Below are positions 25,501 to 34,230 of a stretch of 64,000 bases of DNA, piece after piece. Source of the DNA: Escherichia phage vB_EcoM-RPN242; the sequence record OL656110.1; one strand, 5' to 3'. Both the position numbers and the translations under genes were made by a program. Numbering within the stretch: position 1 is the stretch's first letter; each line of letters opens with the position of its first letter. The notes beneath the pieces are model-generated. The model searched no databases and was not told where the DNA came from. It saw nothing but the letters and a program-made list of their open reading frames with translations.

Positions 25501-27005
25501 TCGTGATTACCCAGCGCCACCTTCATGAACTCCACAGGGTGGCGCTCTGCCAGGTAAAACTTGTAACGCTCATGAGAGTGCCTAAGAGCGTGGTTCGTGC
25601 TGGCGTTATACGATGCATCATCCACTAAGTCCCATATCCACGCGACGTCCTTAGAGGAGTGCTGACGCATCAGACGACCCAATGTCTGTATGACGCGGAT
25701 ATATGACTTGCTCGGGTGTGCCAGTACAAGGTGGTGTAGCTTCTTGATCGACACTCCCTGCTGCATTGTCCCGTATGATGCCAACAGGGTGATGTCCTCT
25801 CCATCCTCCATCGCTTTCTGTATGCGGCGGCGGTCTTCGATCTTCACTTCCCCGTTGATGACAAACACGTTGGGCTTGACTGCGCTCAGCATATCATACA
25901 CGACCATCATGTGACCATCAATACGCTCGAACATGATGGCCACGTTTCCTTTCAGATTCAGTGCCATCTTGGCGATCAGTTCGTTGCGGGACTGGTGTGT
26001 AATAAGGTATTCTATTTCCTTGGAATAATCCCCGTCTAGACCAACAGCATCCGCCGGAGTGTGCTTCAGCTGGATCATCTTCACTTTGATGTCAGTGGCG
26101 TACCCGAGATTGATAAGATCGCGAGCCGTGATGATCTTATGGTACGCCCCGAAGTGAGCCACCACCTGAAGCCCGGCAACTTTGGTGTTCGCCAGCGTAC
26201 CTGTAACCCCCAGGCGCTGGTCGGCATAGATGCAGTTGTTCAGGATGTAAGACAGTTTCTCAGACTTGGAGGTGTGCACTTCATCCACCACGATATCACC
26301 GAACTGGTGGAACCATTCCTTCGGCTGGTCTTGAATGCCCTGCCATGTGCTGATGACGATTGGTTTGCTGATCTCCTTTGTCGCGCCCTCAAAAATCAGC
26401 TGGGTGTTAACAACGGGCTTCCAATCACTGCCATGAGCATACTCTTCGAAGTTGTCGTACAGCTGAGTGACTAGGTGGATTGACGGCACCACGATAAGCG
26501 TCTTCAGAGGACTTTCGAGAGCTTCTCTGCGCCGCCTGTAGTACCGCGCCATGACATACAGAATAAAGGACTTACCGGCACTCGTAGCCAGTTCACAGAC
26601 GCATCTGGTTTGACGCATAGCCTTGGCGATGGTGTCGTATTGGTAGTCACGAGTCTCGGCATCGATATATTCGTGATTTTCGGTGCGGATCTTTGGATGC
26701 AGACTGTCGATGAAGTCACGGATTTCTTCATCTGGGATGTCCTGAATGTACTTCAGTGCCGGATCCAGTTCAATGGTGTATCCGTTGTTCTTACAGAACT
26801 TAAATACCTCAAACAGCAGACCGATATCGATTAGACCAGATGACTTGGTAAATAGGCGGACAACCCCGTCCCATTTAGAAAAGGGGTTGGGAACGAAGTT
26901 CGGGTCTTCGAATTTGAAGTAGTCATTAAGTTCTTCCCTGATAGAAAGATCTGCGATGCAACGCATGCGGACTTCGTTAACCTTAACAATCTGAATGTCT
27001 GCCAT
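25497..27005 (-). CDS. uvsW: UvsW-like SF2 helicase
   Basis: Walker A ELATSAGKS, DEVH box and helicase C-terminal motifs; start trimmed to the ATG with SD GGGAGA. Confidence 0.8.
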   Translation of the reverse strand: MADIQIVKVNEVRMRCIADLSIREELNDYFKFEDPNFVPNPFSKWDGVVRLFTKSSGLIDIGLLFEVFKFCKNNGYTIELDPALKYIQDIPDEEIRDFIDSLHPKIRTENHEYIDAETRDYQYDTIAKAMRQTRCVCELATSAGKSFILYVMARYYRRRREALESPLKTLIVVPSIHLVTQLYDNFEEYAHGSDWKPVVNTQLIFEGATKEISKPIVISTWQGIQDQPKEWFHQFGDIVVDEVHTSKSEKLSYILNNCIYADQRLGVTGTLANTKVAGLQVVAHFGAYHKIITARDLINLGYATDIKVKMIQLKHTPADAVGLDGDYSKEIEYLITHQSRNELIAKMALNLKGNVAIMFERIDGHMMVVYDMLSAVKPNVFVINGEVKIEDRRRIQKAMEDGEDITLLASYGTMQQGVSIKKLHHLVLAHPSKSYIRVIQTLGRLMRQHSSKDVAWIWDLVDDASYNASTNHALRHSHERYKFYLAERHPVEFMKVALGNHD

Positions 27006-27030
27006 ACAAAATCTCCCAAGGATTATGGGG

Positions 27031-27037
27031 TATTTAG
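27031..27037 (-). promoter_or_regulatory. late-promoter-like motif CTAAATACCCC upstream of uvsW
   Basis: Minus-strand CTAAATA about 25 nt upstream of the start codon; T4 late consensus is TATAAATA. Confidence 0.45.
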
Positions 27038-27780
27038 TGATCCGGCCAGACTCCGTTTTGTTCTTTATCCATGCGATGATACAGACGAACACGCTCAAAC
27101 ATCTTTGTCAGAATGTCATCACGGTTGAACTCAATGACGGTTGGTAGAGGGGAAGACTCGTTGGCGATCACGTTGATGAGGCGGGTGATCTTGACGCCGA
27201 ACATCTGCTGGAACATGACCGAATATAAGCACAGCTGGATACTGTAATCCTCGATCATGCCCCGCGTCTTCATGGTGTTCGATGTCTTGAAGTCGATGAC
27301 AGCAGGTTTACCCTCATAAACCCCGATAAGGTCTACACGACCTGCAAGACCAAGCACCTCACTATATAATGGGATCTCCTGAGCATAGATCTTTGTCATC
27401 TTGTTCAGGTAAGGGAACAGCTGCTTGAACATGAACATGTATTCGCCAGCCGCTTCCAACACTTCTTTCATTGGGCGGTTCTTTAGATACAGTTCACACG
27501 CAAGGTGCAGCTTCTCCCCTCGGTCAGCACAGCGCATGGTCTCAAGATCAGCGGCCTCTGCGCCCAGCTTCTTCCTCCAAGACTCAAGCCATTCATGATC
27601 TCCAGTGCGTCCCAGCATAGTCGTGACGGATGTCAGTTTTACACCAGACGGTGAAACGTAATGACGACCATTCTCCGTCGTAACACACTCCAGTTCCTTA
27701 TGAGGAAGTTCGTATTGCTGGAATGTGTAATGACGGTTTTCGAAGTCATTCAGCTTGCGTAGATCCTGGAGAGATGCCAT
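27034..27780 (-). CDS. PD-(D/E)XK exonuclease-like protein (YqaJ/lambda-Exo-like)
   Basis: GRVDLIGV...AVIDFKTS...YSIQLCLY fits the D...(D/E)xK...QxxxY nuclease motif; SD GAGGA. Confidence 0.55.
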   Translation of the reverse strand: MASLQDLRKLNDFENRHYTFQQYELPHKELECVTTENGRHYVSPSGVKLTSVTTMLGRTGDHEWLESWRKKLGAEAADLETMRCADRGEKLHLACELYLKNRPMKEVLEAAGEYMFMFKQLFPYLNKMTKIYAQEIPLYSEVLGLAGRVDLIGVYEGKPAVIDFKTSNTMKTRGMIEDYSIQLCLYSVMFQQMFGVKITRLINVIANESSPLPTVIEFNRDDILTKMFERVRLYHRMDKEQNGVWPDH

Positions 27781-27795
27781 TATGTGTGATCCTCG

Positions 27796-28248
27796 TTATA
27801 CACCATCAATATATTTTCTCCACTCAATAGCATTTTTCACTTCGTATCCCAGTTTGTTCAGGCGATCCAAACAAGTCTCTATGAACTTGACTTTTGCTTT
27901 TTGTTCTTGTAACAGAACAGACAACTCCACATAGTCATCGTCTGCTTTGACCCATGTATCTAGGTCAGACTTCAGGGGGCGAACCTTCAGGGGGCGATCT
28001 GCGTAGATGTTAGGGGGTAACTCCCCTGCATAGTAGCGGCGCAGATAGAGATCGATTTGGCGGAAGCGCCCGTTGAGAAATTCAAGATAACGTCCCTCGC
28101 GCAGATAATGCCGCTGTACAGCCATCCAAGAGCGCCCGATTTTCAGTGAGATCTGGTCAAGGTTCATGTCTTCTGGGTCCACTGTGATCAGCGGCTCCAG
28201 TTCGTTCATGATGTCCTCGGTAGCCATTGTCTGTAGTTGTTCTTTCAT
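27796..28248 (-). CDS. UvsY-like recombination mediator (tentative)
   Basis: 150 aa, adjacent to uvsW as in T4; C-terminal region has a UvsY-like pattern but similarity is weak. Confidence 0.5.
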   Translation of the reverse strand: MKEQLQTMATEDIMNELEPLITVDPEDMNLDQISLKIGRSWMAVQRHYLREGRYLEFLNGRFRQIDLYLRRYYAGELPPNIYADRPLKVRPLKSDLDTWVKADDDYVELSVLLQEQKAKVKFIETCLDRLNKLGYEVKNAIEWRKYIDGV

Positions 28249-28290
28249 AAAATATCCCAGCTTGTCAATGTCATAGAATTATACCGCATT

Positions 28291-28791
28291 TCATGGATTA
28301 GAATCAATCGCCTTCCCAACAGATAGTGGAACCAGCTGTTGGAACTTGAAGGTCACTGTCGTCACCAGCTGAGGTACAGCCGCGTCTACGTCCACCAGTA
28401 CGTTGTCCAAAGCAGTCGGGCGGGCTTCCTCCAGCACTAGAGTGAGGCCAATCGGTCGGTTGAGGTTATCCAGCAATTCAATGGTAATGTCCTTGCTGAC
28501 AGGCAAATCCTTGCCGACGTTGCTGGTAATCCATTGGTGGATCTGTAACCATGATTTCCAGTCCTCGTCTATAACGAAAGTAAATACGACGGGATCATAG
28601 GTTAAACGCTCTGAAGGTATAGAAACCAACACGTCACCAGGAGACGGACCATCGATGCCTTCGGAGTACACCCCTGGTATACTGAAGTCGTGGATGTTAC
28701 GGGTTAGGAGTACAAGGTCTCCGATAGTCAGACGCCACTTATCGGACGCCGCGAAATTAGGGTTTTCGTTCTTGAATTGTACGTTGGACAT
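28291..28791 (-). CDS. hypothetical protein (possible baseplate/tail component)
   Basis: 166-aa ORF from the ATG with SD AAGGTG; the longer track ORF overlaps a plus-strand ORF and looks like a shadow extension. Confidence 0.45.
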   Translation of the reverse strand: MSNVQFKNENPNFAASDKWRLTIGDLVLLTRNIHDFSIPGVYSEGIDGPSPGDVLVSIPSERLTYDPVVFTFVIDEDWKSWLQIHQWITSNVGKDLPVSKDITIELLDNLNRPIGLTLVLEEARPTALDNVLVDVDAAVPQLVTTVTFKFQQLVPLSVGKAIDSNP

Positions 28792-29062
28792 AATAGCACC
28801 TTTGCTGTGGAGATATTTTGTGACCCTGATGCGCGGGATCAGTAGATTGTTGTTGGCATGCTCGATGCTCTTGTTTACGAGCTGTCGCATCTTTGTCACG
28901 CCAATAATTTCTGTTTCCGAACTCTGGAACCCAGAAGTGCGCACTGTACCTGTGACGTTGTCGGCCAGCGTTCCCACTTGTAACAAGGGTATGCTGGACA
29001 TCATCGTGCAAGAGTTCCAGCCCTTCCAGAAGCTCGTACCTTTAGGTTGCTTTGATGAGAAC

Positions 29063-29470
29063 ATGAGCACCCTCAAGCCATACTGGAAGACCACAATTCC
29101 TCTCCTGCGGCATGGCGATGAAGGGAAGATTCCATACCTATCAGCAAGTATTTATTACTCTCAGAACAACAGCATCATTATCACTTTTAATCCATCATTC
29201 CATGCCAAGCTGAAGCAACACATGGTTGGGCGACTGGATACAACATCAGATATAATCGTGACGTTCAAGATCATGAATGACTCGGATAAACCAGTACGAA
29301 TCGCAACTCAGGGTGTGTTCGTTAACAACGACGCGGTTGGAAATGGGATGAGTATCTTTGAAGTTAACCCAGGGGGAACGATCTTGATCAGACTGAGTAA
29401 TGTGGGTGTGAACTCCCTGCTGTTGGATGGCATCGAACCAGTGGGAGTTCTTCCGGCGCGGGAGCACTGA
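29063..29470 (+). CDS. hypothetical protein (plus strand inside the late module, tentative)
   Basis: A 375-nt stretch is open on plus with no convincing minus-strand alternative; weak RBS. Confidence 0.35.
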   Translation: MSTLKPYWKTTIPLLRHGDEGKIPYLSASIYYSQNNSIIITFNPSFHAKLKQHMVGRLDTTSDIIVTFKIMNDSDKPVRIATQGVFVNNDAVGNGMSIFEVNPGGTILIRLSNVGVNSLLLDGIEPVGVLPAREH

Positions 29471-30199
29471 TTACTTCAGCGCGTTCTTCAGATTATCGGA
29501 ACCAATGCTGTTGATGACACCTCCGGCGCAGATATCTTTCGCCCACTCTGAGATCACGTTGGCAAAAGAGAAGTTAAGACACTTACCAACCATGTCTTGG
29601 ATATGGGCTAACTCTGCTGCAATACCGTTCGTGATGTCCTGAGCAATAGAGGCTACTGATGCGACAGCAGTGTCGATGGCCTGAGTAACTTCAGCAGCCA
29701 GTGCCTGAATAGCATCAAGACCAGCACCGACGCCCTGAGCTACCAACTCAGCCAGCTCATTCATCTTGTTTGTGATAGTTGTGAGAACACTTTGCATGGT
29801 GTTGATCCACTGTTTGCCGAGGTTCTGAATAACCCCAAATGCATTATTGATCAGATCACAGTTGTTCGGTTCTCGACCTATAGACTTCAGGGCGGACTTA
29901 TACGACACAGATGTACCGATGCGGGAATATGCCTCGTTCACTGACTGGTCGCCATAGTTGTTCAAAGTAGTGATGCTGTTGTTGGCTGAGTTGAACATTG
30001 CTGTAGATTCGTTGAGTTTGGCTGTAGTCAACCCACCTGCCGTCAGCGCTTCCTGAATCTGCGCATTTCCGGTGTTAGCCAGTGACGCTGTAGTCGCCTT
30101 ACCACTGGTGATTAACCCCTGTGAGGCGCTGCTGAGGGACGGGAGAGGATTGGTAAAGGCGTTGCCCTGTGATAGGGCGTCATAGATCTGTGCGTTCAT
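29471..30199 (-). CDS. hypothetical Ala/Thr/Gly-rich structural protein
   Basis: ORF with a CTAAATAC motif 28 nt upstream of ATG 30199; an alternative start at 30241 would make an ATGA overlap with the upstream gene. Confidence 0.5.
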   Translation of the reverse strand: MNAQIYDALSQGNAFTNPLPSLSSASQGLITSGKATTASLANTGNAQIQEALTAGGLTTAKLNESTAMFNSANNSITTLNNYGDQSVNEAYSRIGTSVSYKSALKSIGREPNNCDLINNAFGVIQNLGKQWINTMQSVLTTITNKMNELAELVAQGVGAGLDAIQALAAEVTQAIDTAVASVASIAQDITNGIAAELAHIQDMVGKCLNFSFANVISEWAKDICAGGVINSIGSDNLKNALK

Positions 30200-30227
30200 A
30201 AGAAAATACCCCCATGGATGATGGGGG

Positions 30228-30234
30228 TATTTAG
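30228..30234 (-). promoter_or_regulatory. late-promoter-like motif CTAAATACCCCC
   Basis: 28 nt upstream of ATG 30199; embedded in a palindrome. Confidence 0.4.
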
Positions 30235-30237
30235 GGA

Positions 30238-30408
30238 TCATGGTAGTTTGTAAACGAAGTTGGACCAGAACTTACGAACAAACTTCTTGACATAAACCAT
30301 TCGGTTGGCGTATTCCCCATCCTTCAGGTCATTGTAGGTCTCGATCCCTACCGCGCCCAAGAAGTACGCCGTGAAGATATAGCAGAACAGATTGATGACG
30401 ACAAACAT
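30238..30408 (-). CDS. small membrane protein (56 aa)
   Basis: Below the 60-aa cutoff of the ORF track. SD GGAGATA 4 nt upstream of the ATG; hydrophobic N-terminus MFVVINLFCYIFTAYFLGAVGI. Confidence 0.4.
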   Translation of the reverse strand: MFVVINLFCYIFTAYFLGAVGIETYNDLKDGEYANRMVYVKKFVRKFWSNFVYKLP

Positions 30409-30448
30409 GATGTATCTCCGCTGTGTGTACTCAATTATTTATGGTATG

Positions 30449-30871
30449 TTACAAAAGGCGCTTGGTCTTCGGCTTACCCATTAGAGTGATATCCACAGGC
30501 AGGCCAGCTTTCTTGCAACGGTTGATCATGTCCAGGGTGCCAGTGGACGAACCATCCCACATCGCAATCGGATACACTTCCAGCTTGGTCTGTCTGACGA
30601 GATCCAATGCCTTGTCTAACATGTCCTGATTGCGTTTGTTGCCCATCCCTTTCCCATACTTTTCATAATAGCTCGGAGGTATTGGCATAGGAGTGATATG
30701 AACATAATTGATTTCAGCCCAGTCACGGCAAATCTTGTCCACACCAGAGGCTTCACCCTCAATCAGTGTATAGACCTCACGAGGATCGAGGAGTTCGTCC
30801 AGCTTGGCGAATACCTTATCCCGCTCGGTGATTGAGCGGGAACCCGTAATGAGAACGATATACTTCTTCAT
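30449..30871 (-). CDS. DprA/SLOG-like Rossmann-fold protein (tentative)
   Basis: IVLITGSR and EGEASGVD resemble the DprA/Smf VVGSR and GxARGID motifs; 141 aa. Confidence 0.4.
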   Translation of the reverse strand: MKKYIVLITGSRSITERDKVFAKLDELLDPREVYTLIEGEASGVDKICRDWAEINYVHITPMPIPPSYYEKYGKGMGNKRNQDMLDKALDLVRQTKLEVYPIAMWDGSSTGTLDMINRCKKAGLPVDITLMGKPKTKRLL

Positions 30872-30875
30872 AGAA

Positions 30876-31196
30876 TCACAGCGCCCCAAGATTGCCGATT
30901 ACGTACAGGGAGCACAGAGGAGTACCTGACGAACGAGGTTCGATCGTCATCCCGCTCAGGCGGATCAGTTCCAGTAAGCCGTCAGTGGTCTGATACGCGC
31001 GTGTCGAACCGTTCGGTCGATATAGCTCCAGCTCAGTTCGCCCTTCCTTTATTGCATTTCGAATGCGAGTGAACACACTGTGGTCGCCGAACTTCTGTTT
31101 CAGAAGATCCAGCTTGGTGGTCAGGCGGCGACGTGGTTTGCGCGCACGAGGGTTCTCTTTTACGACCGCTTCTAAAATCGGGATGCTGTTAGCCAT
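30876..31196 (-). CDS. hypothetical protein
   Basis: 106-aa ORF with SD AGAGGA. Confidence 0.5.
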   Translation of the reverse strand: MANSIPILEAVVKENPRARKPRRRLTTKLDLLKQKFGDHSVFTRIRNAIKEGRTELELYRPNGSTRAYQTTDGLLELIRLSGMTIEPRSSGTPLCSLYVIGNLGAL

Positions 31197-31398
31197 GATA
31201 AAGTCCTCTATTTGTAGGGGATAGGGTATGCGGTTAACATACCCTGTTCAAAGGTTTAGAACAAATTGCTGCAATGTTACTTTGTAACGAGAGTGGTGAT
31301 AGTTCCTTCATTTCAGAGTCAGTGTTGTGCTGCTTATGGAATGAAGTATACGGGGTTTATTGAAGAATTAAACCCCGTATATTGAATAAATTTAAAAT

Positions 31399-31635
31399 TT
31401 ATTTGAAGCGATCAGGAAGGGTGTCGTGAACCTCGGCGCTCAGCACCAGAAACTTACCATCCGTCGTTGGGAAGCAATAGTCTTTCTTGATGTGACGCAA
31501 GTGTTCAGCTACAGCTGCTACGCAGTCATCTGTCACGTCGGTCTTCTCACCAACCCACATGCTGGTTTTGGTGTTCAACCTGCCCTGGAATATAGTACCA
31601 GTGAGAGGACTTGCGCCGATCTTTTTGATAATCAT
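31399..31635 (-). CDS. hypothetical protein
   Basis: 78-aa ORF with SD GAGG. Confidence 0.5.
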   Translation of the reverse strand: MIIKKIGASPLTGTIFQGRLNTKTSMWVGEKTDVTDDCVAAVAEHLRHIKKDYCFPTTDGKFLVLSAEVHDTLPDRFK

Positions 31636-31643
31636 GTTTAACC

Positions 31644-32087
31644 TCAGTTGTTAACGCGGAATGCCGCCGGATACCCACCTGGATGCCCTTCTCCGGTCAC
31701 GAAGACCTCGTACCGGGCACCTTTAACCAAACCAGGCAAATTGCCTGAGTCAAGCAGATAGCGGATTTTATCCATAGTCTCCATCCAGGACTTAGCAGGT
31801 TCGGCCTCGGCCTCCCCACGGTTGATTTTGATCACACCCTCTGAATAATACTTCCCATTGTCCTTCATGTAGTACAGCTTGACATCGATAAACTGTGGGG
31901 ATGGAACTTCTGTCCAACCCTCATCGTTCAAATCCTGGCGATCATTGTCGAAACTCTGAAAATCAACATCACCGCATGCCAGGCGATAATCTTTGAATTT
32001 ACGGAAACCTTCCACCTTGTCCCCAACGGAGCTACGGAAGAACTGTTTCTTGGCGGGACTAATGAAAATGAAATTCTTGTCACACAT
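31644..32087 (-). CDS. hypothetical protein
   Basis: 147 aa from ATG 32087 with SD AAGGA (track start is an upstream TTG). Confidence 0.5.
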   Translation of the reverse strand: MCDKNFIFISPAKKQFFRSSVGDKVEGFRKFKDYRLACGDVDFQSFDNDRQDLNDEGWTEVPSPQFIDVKLYYMKDNGKYYSEGVIKINRGEAEAEPAKSWMETMDKIRYLLDSGNLPGLVKGARYEVFVTGEGHPGGYPAAFRVNN

Positions 32088-32104
32088 GATATAGATCCTT
32101 CCTT

Positions 32105-32329
32105 TCAAAGAATGTTGTGTTCGTCGATATCGGACTGCGTTGCAATCTCCCAGCGGACGATGTTCTCGGTTGTGACGAAATCACGGTTCAGGTGAGAGGC
32201 TGGCACATACACCATCGTGTCGACCATGAAGTAACACTGCTCATTGTTACAAGAATCAACGTAAACCTCGATGAGGCACACCTCGGCAACACCGGCTTTC
32301 GGCTTCTTCACGATCTTTTTCAAGTACAT
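32105..32329 (-). CDS. hypothetical protein
   Basis: 74-aa ORF with SD GAGGG; a 32-bp repeat element lies 26 nt upstream. Confidence 0.5.
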   Translation of the reverse strand: MYLKKIVKKPKAGVAEVCLIEVYVDSCNNEQCYFMVDTMVYVPASHLNRDFVTTENIVRWEIATQSDIDEHNIL

Positions 32330-32354
32330 GGTACAACCCTCGGATAAGTAGACG

Positions 32355-32386
32355 GGGCAATAATACCTCTCGCCCCGTTATTGAAA
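32355..32386 (-). repeat. 32-bp conserved intergenic element, copy B
   Basis: GGGCAATAATACCTCTCGCCCCGTTATTGAAA, identical to 32615-32646; ends about 26 nt upstream of the next start codon. Confidence 0.7.
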
Positions 32387-32389
32387 CTG

Positions 32390-32590
32390 TTATCCTTCTT
32401 GTTCTTCCCAACCCCATTCATCTTCCCAAGACTGGCGAGGGGTCTTGCCTGCTTCGTAATCATCACGCCAGGCGTCGGCGTCGGCGGCTGAACCGCCCTG
32501 GCTTTTCGCGACTTTGCATAATACGTCGTGCCACTCACGGAAAGTGGAGTTGGCGACTGTGGTGTTTACAGAATCTTCTTTCAGGCTCAT
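32390..32590 (-). CDS. hypothetical acidic Trp-rich protein
   Basis: 66 aa from the ATG with SD GAGGA; flanked on both sides by copies of the 32-bp repeat. Confidence 0.45.
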   Translation of the reverse strand: MSLKEDSVNTTVANSTFREWHDVLCKVAKSQGGSAADADAWRDDYEAGKTPRQSWEDEWGWEEQEG

Positions 32591-32614
32591 TGTGATTTCC
32601 TCGATTAATAGAGA

Positions 32615-32646
32615 GGGCAATAATACCTCTCGCCCCGTTATTGAAA
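32615..32646 (-). repeat. 32-bp conserved intergenic element, copy A
   Basis: Identical to 32355-32386; ends about 25 nt upstream of ATG 32590. Confidence 0.7.
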
Positions 32647-32653
32647 TGTTCTT

Positions 32654-34126
32654 TTAGTTCAAGACATATTTGATCAGTCCACAATTCCAAATCCTGACCA
32701 ACCCGGCTTCGGTTGCTAACTGGCTTTCTGTTTTGCCTTCTACGTCATACCCCATGCGAGCAAATGAACCTTTTCTGAAACCGAATTTGTGCTCACGCAT
32801 AAATGTGCCAGGCTTGTGATATTTGTAGTCTGGCTTCTGTACTTCCTCTTCTATGAATCCGTGGGATAGGTAAATGTTGGACAACCTGCTTACAACACAC
32901 CTATCCCCAAAGGAATAGATTTTGGTGTCGGCAAATTTTCTTCTGAAGTGTGAAAGAAGTTTACTGAATGCCCCGTGGCAATCATTAGAGGCAAATCTGA
33001 CTAATTCCAGGCCATCTTTCCTTTTAGTGAATAGCATCACGGCTTGTATGACCCCACTCTTGTCAATTAACGATAAATGGTGGGTGGAAGAAACGGAACC
33101 TTGTATGTGGTGGTTGTCTAAAAACTCCCTCAAGCCGCTTATATTTCCCCAAACGACTTTGTGTTGGCGAGCATATGACGCAGGCGTTTTAATGCCAAGT
33201 TTAGCTTTCAGAAGAGATTTGACCACTTCCTGTTTCTCAACCCATTCATCTTCCCAGATGTGGATCAACTGGATACCCTGAGATTCACATATTTCAGTCT
33301 TTTCCAGGTGATAATATTTCTCTTTAAAAACTTCTGAATGCCAGTACAGGCCATTAAATTCAATCGCCAATTTGTGTTCAGGGCAATAGATATCCAGTTG
33401 TTTACCGGATAATATACTGTAATCAGAAACAGTGTTTACAACTCCCATTGAGGTGAGAAACTCGGATATTTCCTTTTCATAAGAAGATTTCTTGTTCCTG
33501 ATAGAACCATTGCTGAACAACGCACGTTTTAGTATGTTCGAGTTTTTCATAGGGTTGTCAACACCATAACGTTCTTGTAACGTTGCCAACGCCTTCTCCC
33601 TCACACCAGGTAATTGTAGTGTGGAGCAGCTTCCGTATTTGGATATATTCGAAGTCTCTATGGCTTTCCGACCAATCCCACCTTTACACATAGAAACCTG
33701 ATAACATTCTTCAGAACAATATGTTCTGTAATCTTTATTATTGATATAAAAGTTGGTTTCCTTGGAACACACCGGGCATATTTTCACGGTTCTATTGTAC
33801 AGCCAAGCTGTGACTTTACAAGCCAAATCTTGTAGGGTGTTGTGGGTATTGGCGAACGCTAAAAGGTCTACATTGATGTGCTTCATAAGCAGTTCAGATT
33901 TGCATTTTTGGATATCCAATTTGTTGTTCTTGGTAAACATATATTTGTAGAAAAATTGGCGATATGATTCCTCGTCAGACAATTCATTCACTGCTTCAAG
34001 GAAACCTTCCGGGAGGTTCTTTAGGGTGTTCGATGCGAAGGTCTTGCAAGCATCTGAACAAAATTTCTTATCTTTCCTGGATGCTTTGAACTGTTCATGG
34101 CAGACACTACAGATTACCTGATACAT
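32654..34126 (-). CDS. zinc-ribbon plus restriction-endonuclease-like (Vsr/DUF559-type) protein; putative free-standing homing endonuclease
   Basis: N-terminal CxxC pairs; C-terminal LAIEFNGLYWHSE...IHIWEDEW resembles the Vsr/PD-(D/E)XK core. Strong SD GGAGGAGA upstream of ATG 34126. Inserted just downstream of the major capsid gene. Confidence 0.45.
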   Translation of the reverse strand: MYQVICSVCHEQFKASRKDKKFCSDACKTFASNTLKNLPEGFLEAVNELSDEESYRQFFYKYMFTKNNKLDIQKCKSELLMKHINVDLLAFANTHNTLQDLACKVTAWLYNRTVKICPVCSKETNFYINNKDYRTYCSEECYQVSMCKGGIGRKAIETSNISKYGSCSTLQLPGVREKALATLQERYGVDNPMKNSNILKRALFSNGSIRNKKSSYEKEISEFLTSMGVVNTVSDYSILSGKQLDIYCPEHKLAIEFNGLYWHSEVFKEKYYHLEKTEICESQGIQLIHIWEDEWVEKQEVVKSLLKAKLGIKTPASYARQHKVVWGNISGLREFLDNHHIQGSVSSTHHLSLIDKSGVIQAVMLFTKRKDGLELVRFASNDCHGAFSKLLSHFRRKFADTKIYSFGDRCVVSRLSNIYLSHGFIEEEVQKPDYKYHKPGTFMREHKFGFRKGSFARMGYDVEGKTESQLATEAGLVRIWNCGLIKYVLN

Positions 34127-34170
34127 AATTATTCTCCTCCATATGGTATCTAGTATAACCTGTTCGATAA

Positions 34171-34204
34171 TATGAACAAATAAAAACCCCGCCGAAGCGG
34201 GGTT
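34171..34204 (-). terminator. strong intrinsic terminator after major capsid gene
   Basis: AACCCCGC-cgaa-GCGGGGTT followed on the minus strand by TTTTTATTTG. Confidence 0.7.
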
Positions 34205-34230
34205 TGTCAGGGTTAAGGACAACTATTCGA

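Noticed and set aside
29246-29467. Minus-strand ORF 29246..29467 (73 aa) as a filler for the gap upstream of 28791.
   Set aside because: No RBS and implausible composition; the plus-strand ORF 29063..29470 explains the open frame better.
30208-30230. Palindrome ACCCCCAT-ggatg-ATGGGGGT considered as an intrinsic terminator.
   Set aside because: It overlaps the CTAAATACCCCC late-promoter-like motif and sits in the leader of the downstream gene; the following T-run is short. It more likely belongs to the promoter or leader, so it is not listed as a terminator.
31347-31380. 11-bp-stem hairpin TACGGGGTTTA/TAAACCCCGTA downstream of gene 31399..31635 as a terminator.
   Set aside because: The minus-strand side lacks a T-tract and there is no plus-strand gene upstream; noted as a structured element only.
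32355-32386. Reading the 32-bp repeat as a sigma70 promoter or intrinsic terminator.
   Set aside because: The best -35/-10 pairing is poor (no TTGACA-like hexamer at 16-18 nt spacing) and no U-tract follows the hairpin; recorded as a repeat of unknown function.
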